A DNA stretch of 64,000 nucleotides from Epiperipatus broadwayi (Eukaryota > Animalia > Onychophora), in contig JAQFVV010000009.1 of the NCBI GenBank assembly GCA_028023455.1, positions 2,232,001 to 2,296,000 of the forward strand, given 5' to 3'. The first letter of the stretch is position 1, and each line of letters starts with the position of its first letter. This document shows, piece after piece, positions 1 through 14,968 of this stretch. The notes under the pieces are model-generated. The model did no database searches. It was not told the DNA's origin and was given only the letters and a program-made list of their open reading frames with translations. The position numbers and the translations under genes were made by a program.

Positions 1-2254
1 TGTCTTCTCCTTTATTGTGCACTATGAGGGCTGTTACAGAGGCTTTTGCTATAAACTGGACTATTCAAAGACTATTTCTTTTTACCTAATATATCTAGTT
101 CTTTAAAAATCTTTAGTCCTAAGTCTTTAGTATAAATTTTATTAGGATTCACCTGAAGTGATTTGTTTTACTTAAATAAATAAATGGATTTTTGAGTCAA
201 TGGATTTTGTATTTTCTTTGCTAATATTTACATTTTGAGCTATCAGGATTTATACTAGATTTGGCAAGCATTTAGGTAAATCATAGTTATGGTTTACATA
301 TTCTTCAAGCTTGTATAAATCATTACAAGTACATGATTTATATCACTCATACACTAACAAGCAAATTCATAATTAACATTTTCAGTAAAAGTAATATTTT
401 TTTTGGTTTTAATATCCATTTTTTATATATATATCACATAATTATATTAATAAAATAACATATCTGTGATTTTTTTAAAAAAAAGTTTCTAGATTTTTTT
501 TTTTTTTTATCTTAAATATAGTGTACCACAACTAATTTTTATAACATGAACTCTTAAAAAATATGTCACATCTTTTTTTGCTACCAAAACCATCAAGCTC
601 TTTATTTCGCATCTCTCATCCACATTATCTCGAGATTTACAATATTTTCATCTTATTTATCTTGATTCATAATTCTAACATTTTATGTATTAACTTTGGT
701 ATTATTTAGAAATTTATTCAATTTTGGGAAACAAACATTTGCCGCAATAAAAAAAAAAAGAATAAATCTGCTGTCAAACAAAAAATTGAAGAATTATATA
801 TGTCGGGGAGGCAGATTATTGTAGATATAAATATAATAACAAATCACCAAATCCCCAACTTAAACAATATGACATGTGATGTGATGTGATGTACTGTAGC
901 TTCTTCTTAAACGAAGTCAAGAATCTCTCAACAATTATACCAAGAAAAACTTGTTAGCTACTTAATTTTACATTCCCCAGTCTAAGTTTTCCCATATTCT
1001 GCTCCATCCCATTTCCACAACATAAACTTTATCAACTCTACAACCTTTATACCGAAATCCCCCTTATCTTTTTCCAAACCCAGCATAAAAATTAATAACC
1101 ACTTTTTGTATAATCACTTTTTTCATATTTATTTTTCTATAACTTTATTATATGTGCCCTTTCTGTTTTCAAGCATTTATATTCAATTAACAAATGCTTA
1201 ATATTTTCTAATATTTTTTCCACTTTAGCGCCATCTAGTGCAATTTTGAATAATCAATAATTAGTAGGTGCATATAAAATCCTTATTCGTAGTATTTAAA
1301 TCTATTCTCTGATCAGTTTTTGACTTCTGTCTTTATTAGTGAGGCTTGTAACTAAAATTTGGGAAGAATGCAGACTTGCATCCAGCAATCATTTTAATTC
1401 CATTTTATCTGTTAAACTAAAAACTTTAAATTAAAATCAGCCTAAAATTTCGAACCTAAATTAATTTGCTTGAAATATTTAGCTCTGAATACAGTTCAGT
1501 GACCATCAGATCTTAATTAATTGTAGACATCTCTGACTACGTATGTTATTAAATCATTAAACTCCCAGAATTTAGCTTCTGCTCTTGGCTCTAATAGATT
1601 GACATAAATAAATGTTATTTGTAAATCTATAAACTTTTAAAGTTTAATTTATTTTACAAAACAATTTCAAATTAAAAGCTGAAAAAATTACGGTTGTCAA
1701 ATATAATGTATTTGAATTTTAAACAAACAAAAAAAAAGTATCAACATACTAAATCTTTTTAAGTAGTTAAGATAACACGTAATAAATTTTAAAAAGTTAG
1801 AATGCTTCACTACATTTTTACACCAAGAATTAAAAAAAATCATATTAAAGCTATGATATTTAGTAATTAATAAAATAATTAATTAAATAAATAGTAATAC
1901 TTATGAAATTCGGATATTGTAGAATAAATGAAAATAATTTGAAATGCTATATATTTTTAATTAAAGTTGACTTTTTCATGAAAATAATCAAAGAAAATAA
2001 TACTGTATATACAAATATTCTTAATCCTAATTTAGTGTATATATAAAACTGAAATAAAATTAGTATAACAGTTGCAATTTCAATAAAGTTGTAAATAATA
2101 CACAACAAATTAATATTTTAAAAAAATAGATATAAATATTAGTATTTGATGCAATTAAATTAACATTTCTGGATAGTAAATATATTGATATAAATAAATA
2201 TTATTTTATATATATACTTTTAAAGATTAAGCTGTTTTCATCATTATTAAATGC

Positions 2255-2660
2255 CATCAAGTCAGTATATCAACTACTGGAGATGTACAAAAAGACTTTT
2301 TGCCTATTTATAAATTTTCAACATAATATTCATGATTATGGTTGCTTTTTATTATTGTCACAACTTATATCAACTGCCATTACTATTGACATAATTGAGA
2401 TTAATTATCATACTCCATGTTGCTGTTTCCAGTGTGATTTTACTATTGATTTGATTGAAATCGGTTATCTCATCCTATGTTGCTGCTTTTCATTATGATA
2501 TCAGTTAGCACATCTTGAGTTATTGTTTTACAATATGATATTATTATTGTCACAATTTGAGATCAATTATCACATCTTATGTTGCTGTTTTTTTGTAACA
2601 TCCTGTCTCTTTTTCAATATGATATTACTATTGACACAACTGAGATCAGCTTCTCAGTAT
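2255..2660. repeat. Degenerate tandem array of ~55-65-bp units
   Basis: Recurrent TA(C/T)TATTG(A/T)CA..A.T(T)GAGAT.A.TTATCA....ATGTTGCTG.TTT blocks, about 5-6 units. The small ORFs 2283..2498 and 2523..2708 are by-products. Confidence 0.6.
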
Positions 2661-4499
2661 GCTATTAATAATGAGACATTAAGAAAAAATAAAGAGAATG
2701 TGAAATAAATAAAAAATAAAGATATCTTTATGAAAGTTCATTAAAAGGAGAAAGATGAAACTTGGTAAAGATTTCAATATAAGATAAGTATAATCAATAA
2801 GTGAAATATATCTACAGAACTTTAGTTATTCCAAATCCATTATTGTGAGCCTATGAAAATAAAATATAAATACTATTCTTAATTAAAACACAAGATGATT
2901 ATGATAGGTAATTCAATAGAAAAAATATTTTCTTATATAAAATACTAAAATTAATATATAAATGCACCAATTTAATATCAGAAACTAATCTGGAGAAGGG
3001 AATTTAAATACACTACCACTTGATAATTAAAACAGGCACTGATTACTCAAGATATCTATAGATGGTGCTAGAATAGAGTGTTGTTCGTGCTTCTATCATA
3101 TTATCTAAAGTAAAGAATCAAATGATATTATGTTAGTATGCATATTTATCATTAGGGGAAAAAATGTGTCTACCCATTAGAAAAGAATATGTTACTAAAA
3201 TATATAATTGCTGACATGGAATTAGATCTATATAATTATGCAAATAAGATTAGCTTGGGTTCAAAATCATAGGTTTTTAAAAAGTATTCCTGTTTTTAGT
3301 TTGTTATTGACAAAGGAGTTAAAGGGTGGTTACCAGAAACATAACTGCACTGATTTCCAACTTTGAATCATAAATCCTCATTGATAAAGAAGAAACCAGT
3401 TTGGGGTGGTAGTCACTGATTATTCAAATTTACTATAGATGACACTAAATCAAAGACCTGCTCTTGTTTATACTTATGTAAAAGAAGTTAAAAGTCAGTG
3501 TATTAAATAAATAAATCCAATGACTAACATGTATCTGAATTTAGGTTTCACAAATTGATATATGTAGTCATCATTATATAATCTAATAAAAAAATGAAGT
3601 GAATAGGCCAAGACATTTATTGATATAAAAATCATTTTATTCTAGTTTAGTGGTTGAAAAACATTCAAACATCTTGAATCTTTTGGGAGACTATGTTAAT
3701 GTAACATGGAAAGTAGTTTAAAATAAATAGAAGATAGTAATTTTAGGCCTTTTGACTTTTGAGCGAGAATCCTAAATAAGGCTGAAAGTATGCTGCATCT
3801 GAAAACAGAAGCACTAGCTATTTTGTAATATCCTATTTAAGTGAAGTCTGACATTACTCCACTTGGAAATGTAAAAATTTTATTTCTTATTTAGTATATG
3901 CACTTTTTATTAGCCTAATTATTAATAAAATATAACAAAGGAATGTGTAGACATTTCACTAAGAGATAGATCCACAAATAACTTTATTAAGTTCTTAAAT
4001 TCTGATATTGTAGTCATAGATGCAGTAATAATTAACTAACTATACTGTTTATTGTTTTTGATTGTGGTATTACAGATGAATATAATGATATGAGTTCCTC
4101 TAAATCTGTTAATGAGAATCAAATCTAGTTCCTTTTTTTAATGTTAGGATCTGAAAAAGAAATTTATTTGTAACTTCATGAGAATCTTCATGAGAATTAA
4201 TTTATTATGCCATAATTCTTTGTTTGTAGAATCATGACTGAACATCAAGAAATAAGATTTTGATTTGAGATGAGTCAAAAATGGTGAAACTCTCTTGAAC
4301 TAATGGCAAGTTGAATCTATTTAACAGATTCTTTATACATTTTTGTGAATCAATTTCTTTTCTGTTATCTGGTGGAGGTATACATTAAAGAACAGGCAAT
4401 CACTATAAAGGAATGGATTTGAGTGTGAAAGCAATATTTCACAAAATAATATTTATTTGTTTGTATCATTAATTATCACTTGAACTTTTAATTGGAGAA

Positions 4500-5330
4500 T
4501 ATGGTGTCATGTATATTAATGGCATTTTCTAAATTTAAGGATTTTACAAACTTTTAGAAGACCATTTTTTCCAAACAGAATCCAATGTTAGATCAGTAGA
4601 GGTAGCACTAATTTTTAATTCATTTTGAAGGTTTTTTTTGAATGCAAGTTATTAAAAAAAAATTTGTTTACAGCAGCTTTTTCCTGGTCTAAACCCAGCC
4701 TGTTCTATAAGTAGATGGCTCTCAACTATTAGCAAAATTCTTAATATAATTCTTTTAAATAGATTGTAAAGAACACATAATAGTAATTTTGGCTAATTTT
4801 TTGCTAGGTTTATCTTGCTATAGTTTGGCTTTTGTGTCATATTTTTAGAATAGTTTCTGCATGATATTATTGAATAGTTTTGCTAACCATGCTTTGACTT
4901 TATGCTATCTACTGTTGAGATCTTTTCTGATTAAAGTGATTAAAGGCAAGTTCAAGTTTACTTGCATCTGCTGTTTTTATTGGATTGATATTAGAGGAAA
5001 ATTAGGAAAGATAGGTTCTGTCTAATGATGTTTTTTTCTATGTTGTTAGTCTTGAACTTAGAAATCTAATATATAAAACTGACAATATCATTAGAAGTAA
5101 CAGTAGCAGTTTTTTTTTAAAAGTTTCTTTTACAACTACTACTTAAAAGTAGTCACGTATTTTGATTATGTATTGTAAATTTTTGTTTTCATGATCTCCA
5201 TTTTTTTCCTGGTGTCCAATGATTTTACAAGTTTGTCAACAATTTTTAGATCTTTAGTAAATAAAAATTGCACTGATGATTTTGTTTCAACCTGCAATGA
5301 TTTTCTTGGTATAGATTCATTTGACCGCTG
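4500..5330 (-). mobile_element. Decayed non-LTR retrotransposon RT region, Ingi/Vingi-like
   Basis: Minus strand reads ...LLCVLYNLFKRIIL..., EQAGFRPGKSCCKQI (4681-4705 encodes EQAGFRPG), then a degenerate ...TDLT..DSVW. Upstream DKLVKSLDTRKK resembles the pre-RT region of this clade. Many stops and frameshifts. Confidence 0.6.
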
Positions 5331-7129
5331 TTATGAATTTGATAAATCTATCATAGCAAGAGCGAATTGAAGAGATTTAATTAATATTTCAGTCAAGATA
5401 CTCAATATAATAACTCCAATTAGCTTTTTATAAGTTTTATCTCAGAATAGGAAAACTTTCAACTATAGGAATGTGAATTTCAAGGATGATTACATTTGAT
5501 TATGTTGATTATGGGAGAAACCAGTAAGTAACTAATGATGAACCATTTTTTGCTTAAACATAAATCAGAAATATATATGTCCATTGTTAATTATGAAAAT
5601 AAAGTTGTTTTTTTTTGGAAAGAAAAAGATTTATATATATGTAAAATCATAATCAGAATTGTCTCTGTTCATCATCTACTTGAATGGAATGTTTTTTGCT
5701 TAGTATCATAAAATAAATATATTGTTTTAAATCCATCCATTTTAAAACTTGATAATCTGATTGATCGTCATTTAAATATTTCCTAAGGTTACTATGAGAA
5801 TTTAAATATTCTATAAATTCTGCAAATCTCGAAGAGGAGGTTTACCAATTTATATTAGATCTGTAAATCTTATAACATAAAAATTATTTATTTTAATGGT
5901 AATTGCAATTTTGTTTGAACTATCTTCAATAAAAATTGTCTGCTTTATAAAGTAATTTGAAACAAAAGAAGCCTTACCATGTTTAGAATGCATTCTGTCA
6001 GCAATGAAAATAATTACAGGAGTTTAATGTGCTTTATTAAAAAAAATAATGAGTCCCCTGAAATAAAATTATATCACTATAATGCTAAACAATTAATTTA
6101 TAGAAGATATCCATTTTTGATTTTGATATACCATCAGTGCTCAATTGAAATAATTTTATTGTAATTACTAGGTGAAGAGAAGTTCAATCTGTAAAACACA
6201 GCTTGTAATTGATTATCATTTCAAGATCCTCATCTATTTACTTCTGGTACAACTATTCCCTATAATACCATGGAGATAACATTGTTTGTTTTCATAATTT
6301 GCTTTCTATTGTTTGATTTTTAAGATTGTGCTACTTGAATTCCACGTGCAAAAAAATCATTTCACATATTCGTCTATTCTATTTGCAGGATACCATGTGA
6401 AAATTCATTGATCTACCCTATTTAATAATGAAATTTTTTTTAATTATTGGTATTTAATTTGGAAATTCTCTGTGATTGAGACTGCTAAGTGCCACCACAG
6501 ACTTTTATATACTCTATCTGTGCAAGAGAATTTATAATCAACTGAATAAAATGAGGTTACATTTTTTTTAATAGGCATTGGGGTTATATACATAGTAGGC
6601 AATAAACTCAATAATGGTGTTATAATTGCTTGAAAACAATAAGAAAGGGATAAATGAATCAATCCATTTCAGTAAAAAAAAAGGAACATTTTTGGTAAAA
6701 TTGTTTAATTGGTAAGAATTGGTGAAAAAAAAATCAGAGGTTTATATCAAGGTGTGACACATAACTAGCAATTAAAAGGAAGAACACGTTTAATACTAGA
6801 AACAAAGTATTCATTGCGCCTTTCAAATATATGTATACATATAAAGAGATTTTTTCTTTGTACAAAAAAGGAAATTATATATCTTCATTATACTTTAAGA
6901 AGTTAGTAGTTTGGTTAAGGTAATTTTCAAGCAAATAATTTGTGAAGAAATTTATAATAATTAAGGGACATAATATAAGTTTCAGAGTTCAGAAATGTAT
7001 GTATTGAATTGGATATCTTAAATAAATGTGTGTACAGTTGCTTATTTCCAATTTAGTTATGTCATAAAATAAAGCAAGGAAACTTTAACTGATATTGTAA
7101 GAAAGGTATAATTTTAAATCACCAGAGGT

Positions 7130-7620
7130 ATGGAATATATTTTTATTTTATGTTTTGTATTATTCAGATTGGTGCTTTTGTGTGGCAGTACCCTTCACTT
7201 ATTTCACTCAGAAAGCATTGAAGGTATTTTAATTATTTGCTCAGGGGTTGTGAATTACGATTTTGAAATGTGTATCACATTTGAACACTATTCACTCAAA
7301 TCAAACTATATATGAAGAAATAGATAGAATAGTAGAGTCAAACATAAAGCAATTAATATGAAAAATTTAGTACTTGAAGAGACTAGAGTTAGAAGTTAAA
7401 ATTTGAAGAATTTTATAGGGTAATGCAATTAGGAGTAATGGTGTTCCCAAATATGGAAGCTTTAATCAATTAGAAACCGGCCATAGGCCACCTCAAGAGA
7501 TATTGCTGAATTGATAGAGGGGGGGGGGGAGTTCAAGTATTTAAGATGTGAGAAATGTCTTGGTTATTATGAATTACACAGGTGTCTCAAAGAGAAGGAG
7601 TAATGGGGTGAACATCAATT
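7130..7620 (+). mobile_element. Highly decayed 3' end of an RTE-type LINE
   Basis: LLCGST (cf. LLYGSETW) and PK..NQLETGHRP (cf. PKxLLYGELxxGxRPxGRP) remnants. Confidence 0.35.
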
Positions 7621-10600
7621 ATTAGATGCAGAAAAAATGAAAAACTAATCTTAAAGATTTGAAATAGAAATTCCATTTATAAAGGATTCTGTAAGAGCAA
7701 GGAAAAGAAGATTACATTGCATTATTAGTTATAATTAGAAAAAAAATACATTACTTTCATGTTGACTCCTACAATTAAGTTTATATATATATATATAAAA
7801 TAATAATCATATTCAATCATTCTAGACAAAAATAATATACGTATATATTTAATAGTCTAACATATTAACACATCCAATCCATAAATGATAAAAAACTTAG
7901 ATCCAAAAAAAAATGTTTTTAAAAGAATTATTTTAATAATTTTTTTGTAAACTATATTCTTGAGAAATCTTTCTGCTAGTGTTAGACATAGATAGGAATC
8001 AGATCTAATACAGATACTTTGTAAAATTAATCCTATTATGTACAACCTGCTACTTTTAATATAACTAGGTTTTCATATGCTCATATATATATATATTTCA
8101 AAAAATTAGATCTAAAATTATTAAGAAGCTGATCTATGAATTATTACAATTAGAACATATAAATTAGTTTTATTATATAAATTGCCAATGTGATTCTTTA
8201 TTCATATAATTGATCTTCTAAATTATAACCTAAATGAAAGCTGTTTGTAATACTATATATTTATGTCTATATAATATGGTAACAAATAACATAGGTGCTA
8301 AATCCCATCACTTGAACATAGTCCTGAAATTCCTTCCAGCAAAGCTAATATTTTTTAAATACTTATTCAACATCTTTTATAAAAAAAACAATGAAAAAAA
8401 AGGGAGTACTCACTGGACTTTCCCATTGCTAGTGGGTGATTGTTTAAGCAATCTTCTATCCTCATTTTACACTGTAGCTAGGAATAGCTAGATATACATT
8501 TATTGGAAAATTAGCTCATTTGGCTATGGTCCAAATACCTGAAAAAGGATCAATCCTGATGAAAAAAAAATTGTTTAATCGAATCCAGGTGGTCATAATT
8601 ATATTTCTTATTTTAACTTTGCATTCTTGATCAGTTTCATAAATAAATTAGATAATTAACAGACATAAAAAGATTTAAAAAAGGAAAAAATCTCCATTAA
8701 AACTTAGGCAAAATGATTTTTAGTCCAATCTCAGAGAAATAATACAAGGTAACATAAAACAACTATCTTCCCAAAGTCCATTGGAAACTAGTTGGTCAGT
8801 CTTTCCAAAATTTCTTCTTAGTATTTATAATTTATTGATTGTTATTCTCTTTTAAATATCACTGGAAAACTTACTAATTAAAAATAAGATTTCAGTATTA
8901 ATAATTCTCATTTGTCATAAGATTATGGTTTTAATAGAGATCATGTAACTCACTGTCATTGTTATTTATTTATAATCTTCTAACTTCTTACAGATAAATT
9001 AACTTATCCATAAGAATAAAAATAATAAAAGTAAAACAGAGAAAATTGATTACCCATGTCTGATATTATTCAGAATCAGACCTATAATATATAAATTTTA
9101 ATGATCAAAGACTGGATACCATTTCATTTACAATTTATGTATTTTCTTTAACTAAAATACCAATTTTATATCTACTTGAATATATTATTCTTTTCAACCT
9201 ATTACAATTTAAAATAAGCAATGGTCATACCAATATTCACTACAGTTTTAAGCTTCGTTTATAGTAAATTATCTTAACTATAGAGTTAGATTTGAATTAA
9301 ACATGATATAGTGACTATTTGATTATCTAATGAAGATTTAACCAAAGAGCATAGGGAAAAAACACAACATTCATATGTATATAAACAGAAAAAGTTTATA
9401 TCATAATAAAATGATAACTAGTAAAAGTGACTGAACTTATGGAATACTTTTTCTAAAACTTTTCAATATTTTCTGAAACAAATACATCATACAGTAATAA
9501 AGATACTAGTTTTATATGAATATTAAATCCTGCAAAAATTGAATGGAAGACACATATACACATAATATTCATTATAATTAATCTTCCAAGCATGTAAAAA
9601 AGACATAAAGTGTGTAATAAATTCTTACAAAATACCTTAGTATTAAAAAACAAATCTGTTCGATAAAGTAGATTTCTATCAGACATATTTCACCAATTTT
9701 TACATATGATTCTGAAATTTGAACACTTAACAGAACCACAACAGACCACTTAACAGTATATAGACAGGTGTACATTAGTTACAACAAGAAAAGATTGAAA
9801 ACTAGTAGATAAGTAAGAAAGCAAACAGTTATCATTGACATTGAAAGAATTAAAAATTGAAATAAGCTATGCTGAAGTTTCAAATTGAATTCACATATGA
9901 GATCACTGAAGGAAATAAGAAAATTTACTTGTGTGATATGGTGAAATATATGCAATGTAGAAAACAAGTAGATAAACAATAATTACATTTTTTTAAAATT
10001 TGGGTAATTAGGATTTTATTAGTCTAATATGCAACTATATAGGAAATGGAAACTTTATAATTTTGATCATGGTACATAATTAAGGCCAATGTTTAATTAA
10101 AAAGAGATTTATTACTTGTAATGTAATAAGTCTTATTAGTAAAAAATAATGAACTATTGAACCAAATATTATAAATATGGTTAATAAAATAGATTAAAAT
10201 ATTCATTTATTATGAACAGCCATTGTATGAAATTAGGATAAATGTGTTCAAAATATGTTACTCATAATTATATTTTTGAGCCATTATTGACTCATTCCAG
10301 AATAAAGATCTCTCCTTGTCTAATCCAAATTCTCATACAAAATAAGTCCTCTCATGTGGTTAAAATAAACTATTTGATTCAAAAATATATTTGTCATTAC
10401 TGCCTGCAAAAAATTATTGGAGGAATACTAGCAAAGTTTTTTGTTGATTTTATTGGTTAAATAATTTGAAATAACTACTGCATTTTTTTTAGTTATTTTC
10501 AGACAGTTCCTAAAACATTTTAAAGTTTCATAAAACTATAGGACTGCTATAAGTTGAATTTTATAAGCAAATTGTTGGATCTCTTAATCTTTTAGGAAAT

Positions 10601-10914
10601 GACAAATATTTTGGGAGTGCAAGTTATATATAATTTAGGCTTTTAACAATCTTTTTTCAGTTAAGAATTAGCTATCTAGTCAAAATACTATAAGTTTGAA
10701 TGAGCAAAGTCATTTGTGCAGTGTTCCAAATAGTGAATACTTCTGCTGTATTAACTTTTTTTCCAGTAATTTTAGATATCTATTTAATACAGATATATTA
10801 GTCATGACAATAACATTTTACTTTTATGAAATAATTGATTGAACACTAACTGAAACATTTATATTTGAACTGAGAATCATTAGCAGCTATTCATAAATGA
10901 AAATGATTATTTTA

Positions 10915-11258
10915 ATATATGAATTTTTTCACAGTACAGGCTTTTTCATGCCTGCACTCCAATATGTAATATATAGGGGGTTTGAACTCAGACTTTCACA
11001 TGATCCTCAATTATCCACACTATCTCATACTGCTGATATTCTTGATCACACACATGTTGAAAAGATAAATAATCACCAATATACATATTTCATGCTAAAA
11101 CAGCACTCATCAATTGGTCCAGATTATCATCACACATATACACAATCAATGCTCAGCTTATATTAAGATAGCCAATCTTCATATTTTAATGGCCAGGCTT
11201 TAATCCACTCCACCCCACAACTCTTCAGTTGTCCATTTCATTGAAAATTTAATTCCAA
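10915..11258 (-). mobile_element. Solo PLE pseudo-LTR (HHR family 2), copy a
   Basis: Homologous to 54955-55205 and 20085-20181; contains a hammerhead motif at 11076-11117. Confidence 0.7.
11076..11117 (-). ncRNA. Minimal type I hammerhead ribozyme, core C3>U variant (probably impaired)
   Basis: Minus strand: CCAA-UUGAUGA-GUGCUG-UUU-UAGCAU-GAAA-UAUGUA-UA|UUGG. Stem I CCAA/UUGG and stem II pair. Confidence 0.6.
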
Positions 11259-12480
11259 AAAAAAAAAAAACCAAATATAAAAAGATAAAGAAACATGTTT
11301 AAAACAAGTTTGCAATGTCTATATAAATCAATCTGCAAATCATGAAAAACACCATGTATCATGTGTTGATCCTTTAGTTCATGGTGTGCAATGTTTTTTA
11401 TCATGCCTAAATTATAAGTATGAGTATGTAAGGATATTTATAATAAAACGATAGTAGTTTTAATTAATATATAAATTTATATTTCCTAATATTTTAATAT
11501 TAAGCATATACAATTGGAAATTAAATTTTTAAAACAAATCGTATACTTACAAAAAAAAAAGATATATACAAATACAATTTATTTTCATTTGATTTTTATC
11601 TTATGATACCCCCTGCCCAAATTTTTATGTAATTCCCTGAGAGTTCATGATGCATAGATTGCACATCATTGCTTTAGTTGATTTATACATCTCTATCTTT
11701 AACTTCAGGAACAAATTTTATTTCTTAAAAAACTTCTTTATCTTGACTAATAATACTTTTTAATATTGATTGCTTTTACTGGATCAATGTTCCCAATAAA
11801 AGCAATCAGTATTTTATTTTTTTGTATATTTTTGAGATTGTCTTTATAAGTAAATAGAGTCTGTTTATTCTATGGAAATTTATTCAAATTTATGATAAAT
11901 CAGTTAAAAAATATGTTACTGTTCATTTGCTTCACATGTCCAATTAAACAAAGATATGCCTTTAGCAGCAGTAGATTTTAAAGCACTATATTTACTAACT
12001 GAAGAATGCACTAGGTGCATTTATAGTTTTATCATTGTATTTTGGGATCTATAGAGTATTTTTAAAAAAAACTGTTTTTTAGTGTTTTTATGTTATGACA
12101 TTTGTGACCCATATCTCATTTTATACAATAAATTGGGTAAAATTATCCTATATACTTTTTAACTGGTTAAATGCTGCAGCACATTGGAGTCTTAAATTGC
12201 CAAATTCTTATTTCTTAAAAATTCTAAAAATTACTGCTTTTTTTTCATTACTAGCTGATGATTATTAAATCCAAAATCTTTATAGATTGCTTAAAAATAT
12301 TAAGAACCGTTCTGATAAATGATTACTTGAATTGATAAGAATAGTCCAATCATCAACCAGCATTTTACAAAACAGGATCAAGTGTTTATTATTATTTTAA
12401 TTGGTTTAAAATAAAAACTCCACCTTCAAACTTATATCTTGATACCTGTTTCATGAAATTGCCTTCAAAATTATTTTAAG

Positions 12481-12543
12481 AATCACTGACATAAAAATGG
12501 AAGTCCTTTGCAGTTTAGCACAGTGGTGCAATGATGTCATTAG
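12481..12543 (+). CDS. Internal coding exon (63 nt, phase 2-2) of unidentified gene A: (x)ITDIKMEVLCSLAQWCNDVI(S)
   Basis: Acceptor ttattttaag and donor AG|gtaaag; open frame joins in phase with the three downstream exons. Confidence 0.65.
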
Positions 12544-13569
12544 GTAAAGATTTCAGGACTGAAACACACACAATCTATTATTTCTGATGCTCAAATGTCA
12601 TATAACCTCCAGAGCAACATTTATCTAATTTGAACTTAATACACATCCTTGTTTAATACCAATTTTTATTTGAAATGATTTTTTTTAAAACTAGGAATGA
12701 TTAAATTCACATCATTGAGATATTTTTTGACAGTTTTTGATATCTTTCATATTCAATATGTTTTGAAAATATTGAACTGTTTATCAAAAATTAAAATTAG
12801 CTATATATTTTTTTCTCAAGATTGTAAAAAAATAAGGAACTCTAGATGTCTTAATTAGGGGACATTCATTGTGTTTATATAATTTTCATCCAGTAAGTTT
12901 CTTCAACAAGCAACCAAATACAATTTTGTATTTATATCAAGTACATTTGTTAATAGATCAAATGAGTCTTATCCTATAAAATTATCATATTAGATATTTT
13001 TGTAAAACTCTAGTATTTGTGTTACTATCAAATACACATGGTTGAAAGTTTATATATTAGATATTTTAATAAAGTTTGCCGCTTAATACACTGATGTTAA
13101 GATATTACTTGATTTAGGAAAGTTGAAATACATCAAGAGATAATTTAGACTAAGTATCAACTGTGATTTGAAATGAAGAGAGTGACAATATTACTTGATG
13201 GTTAAGATGTGCTAGTCAAGTTGCTCAAAGATAGTTTTAGCTCTTATTCAGACATATTTAACTCTTTTGCATTGCCCCTCATATTTCTTCCCTGCATTTT
13301 AGGATGTAAAAATCTTGCTGGGAAAGACAAATGAAATGATTTTTTTAGTAATGAATACTGTGTTTGATTTCTCAATAACCACAAAGCAGATACAACTGGA
13401 GTTATTCACTTGTCCTTGGTCAAAATATTGGTGATTTTGAAAATTTGTAGTGACTCTAGTAGTTACATTTTAGCTGAAATTAATTAAATCGACCAATACA
13501 ATTTAATTATGACTCATATGGCAACTGATCAACTATAGAGATGTTTTAAATTTAATTACTAACTTACAG

Positions 13570-13586
13570 TGATTCAAATATACCAG
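13570..13586 (+). CDS. 17-nt coding microexon (phase 2-1) of gene A: (S)DSNIP(G)
   Basis: tactaacttacag acceptor with TACTAAC branch-point consensus; donor CAG|gtatgt; bridges the phases of the flanking exons. Confidence 0.65.
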
Positions 13587-14399
13587 GTATGTAAGATTGG
13601 AATGCACTTTTTTTAACATATCATTATTGTTTCCAAATTTAGAGAAACATCATCATAAATATTATTGAGCAAATCATGTGGTATGATGAAAGAATCCTAT
13701 TTTTTAAAGTGAATTAAGAGATTTTTCTGTAATATGATGCAGATTCTTATTTATAAATATTTTAAATTTTTTATAGTCTAATAGATGAAGAGTAATTTAG
13801 ACAAACTCTCTATACACTGCTCATTATTAGGGTCACAACTCTTTATATCATTCATGATATAAAGATTAATGATTCATGGATGCATTGGCTATTTTTTTGC
13901 AATAGATCTTGGAGTTTCTTAAATCCTTAATACTGTTTTTCCAATATGCTTATTCCAGGTATAAAATTGTCTATTTAAATCAAGCTGTACACTTAAGTTT
14001 GCATCTTTGTTGCATAGCTTTTACTGTAAAAATCAGCTTTATTTTAATACCTAGTTTTTATATTATTTAATTTTACAAATTAATAAATAGAAGCAGTTTT
14101 CTGAATGCAAATTTCATCATAGTTTTGTATGTTTCTGTAATATTTTTTAGCTTGATTAAATCATAGTAAAATTTTGATGCTTACTAACGGTGCCATTTTA
14201 CATTTTATTTTTTAGAAACATTTCCAAATCTTTTAAGAGTCACAATATTAAATGCTTTTATATTAACTTGTCCTGTCTGTATATGTTTCTGTCTGTTTGT
14301 CCAGATTTTTGAATTTTTAACAATAAAAAAAAATCCATTCCCATTTAGAACTTGAACTGACACCCTTACACTTCCCAAGAAAACTTCTTAGCAGCTGAG

Positions 14400-14577
14400 C
14401 TGATGGAAATATTATATTTGTGGAATAAAATTTTGTTTATATTGATTTAATTCATACTTAATTTATTAAATTAATTAATATATATATATCTGATGGAAAC
14501 ATTACATTTGTAGGATAAAATTTTGTTAATATTGATTTAAGTCTCAATTAATTAAATTAATTTAAATATATATATAT
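14400..14577. repeat. Two-copy 90-bp direct tandem duplication
   Basis: ctgatggaaa.att..atttgt.g.ataaaattttgtt.atattgatttaa... starts at 14400 and again at 14490. Confidence 0.8.
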
Positions 14578-14712
14578 GTTTAACATTTACAGAATAACAT
14601 TTATAGAAAAATGTCTGCAACAAGATCATGAACAAATATGATTAAAAGAGACTAATGAAGAAAATTATTTATTTAAATTGAAATTGTTTTATTTATAACT
14701 AAAAAGTAAAAA

Positions 14713-14968
14713 AATAATATTAAAATTTTTATTTTATTTTAAATAATGCTTTTATGTAAACAACTGACTAAAAAATAACTAAGTAATCCAACTAAAAACA
14801 TGTATTGTTTCATAAAAGCATTTGAGGCTATAAAAAATCAAAAAAGCCTCACATGCTTTTATGAAATGACTTGTTTTTTAGTCGGATTACTTTTGTTATT
14901 TTTTTACTTTTTAGTCAGCTATTTATATAAAAGCATTATTTTAAAAGAAATTTTTTTTTAATATTATT
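14713..14968. repeat. Imperfect fold-back (~120-bp arms, 15-nt loop)
   Basis: aaataatgcttttat...cataaaagcatttgaggct / agcctcacatgcttttatg...ataaaagcattattt. Confidence 0.8.

Noticed and set aside
247-275. Possible upstream exon of gene A (xIYTRFGKHL, phase 2-1)
   Set aside because: Splice sites are plausible, but no linking phase 1-2 exon was found before 12481.
4076-4128. Possible alternative terminal exon (DEYNDMSSSKSVNENQI*)
   Set aside because: Acceptor-like context only, with no supporting upstream connection.
6250-6420. Faint hAT-like residue on the minus strand; faint pogo-like residue at 8280-8350
   Set aside because: Too degenerate to support by eye.
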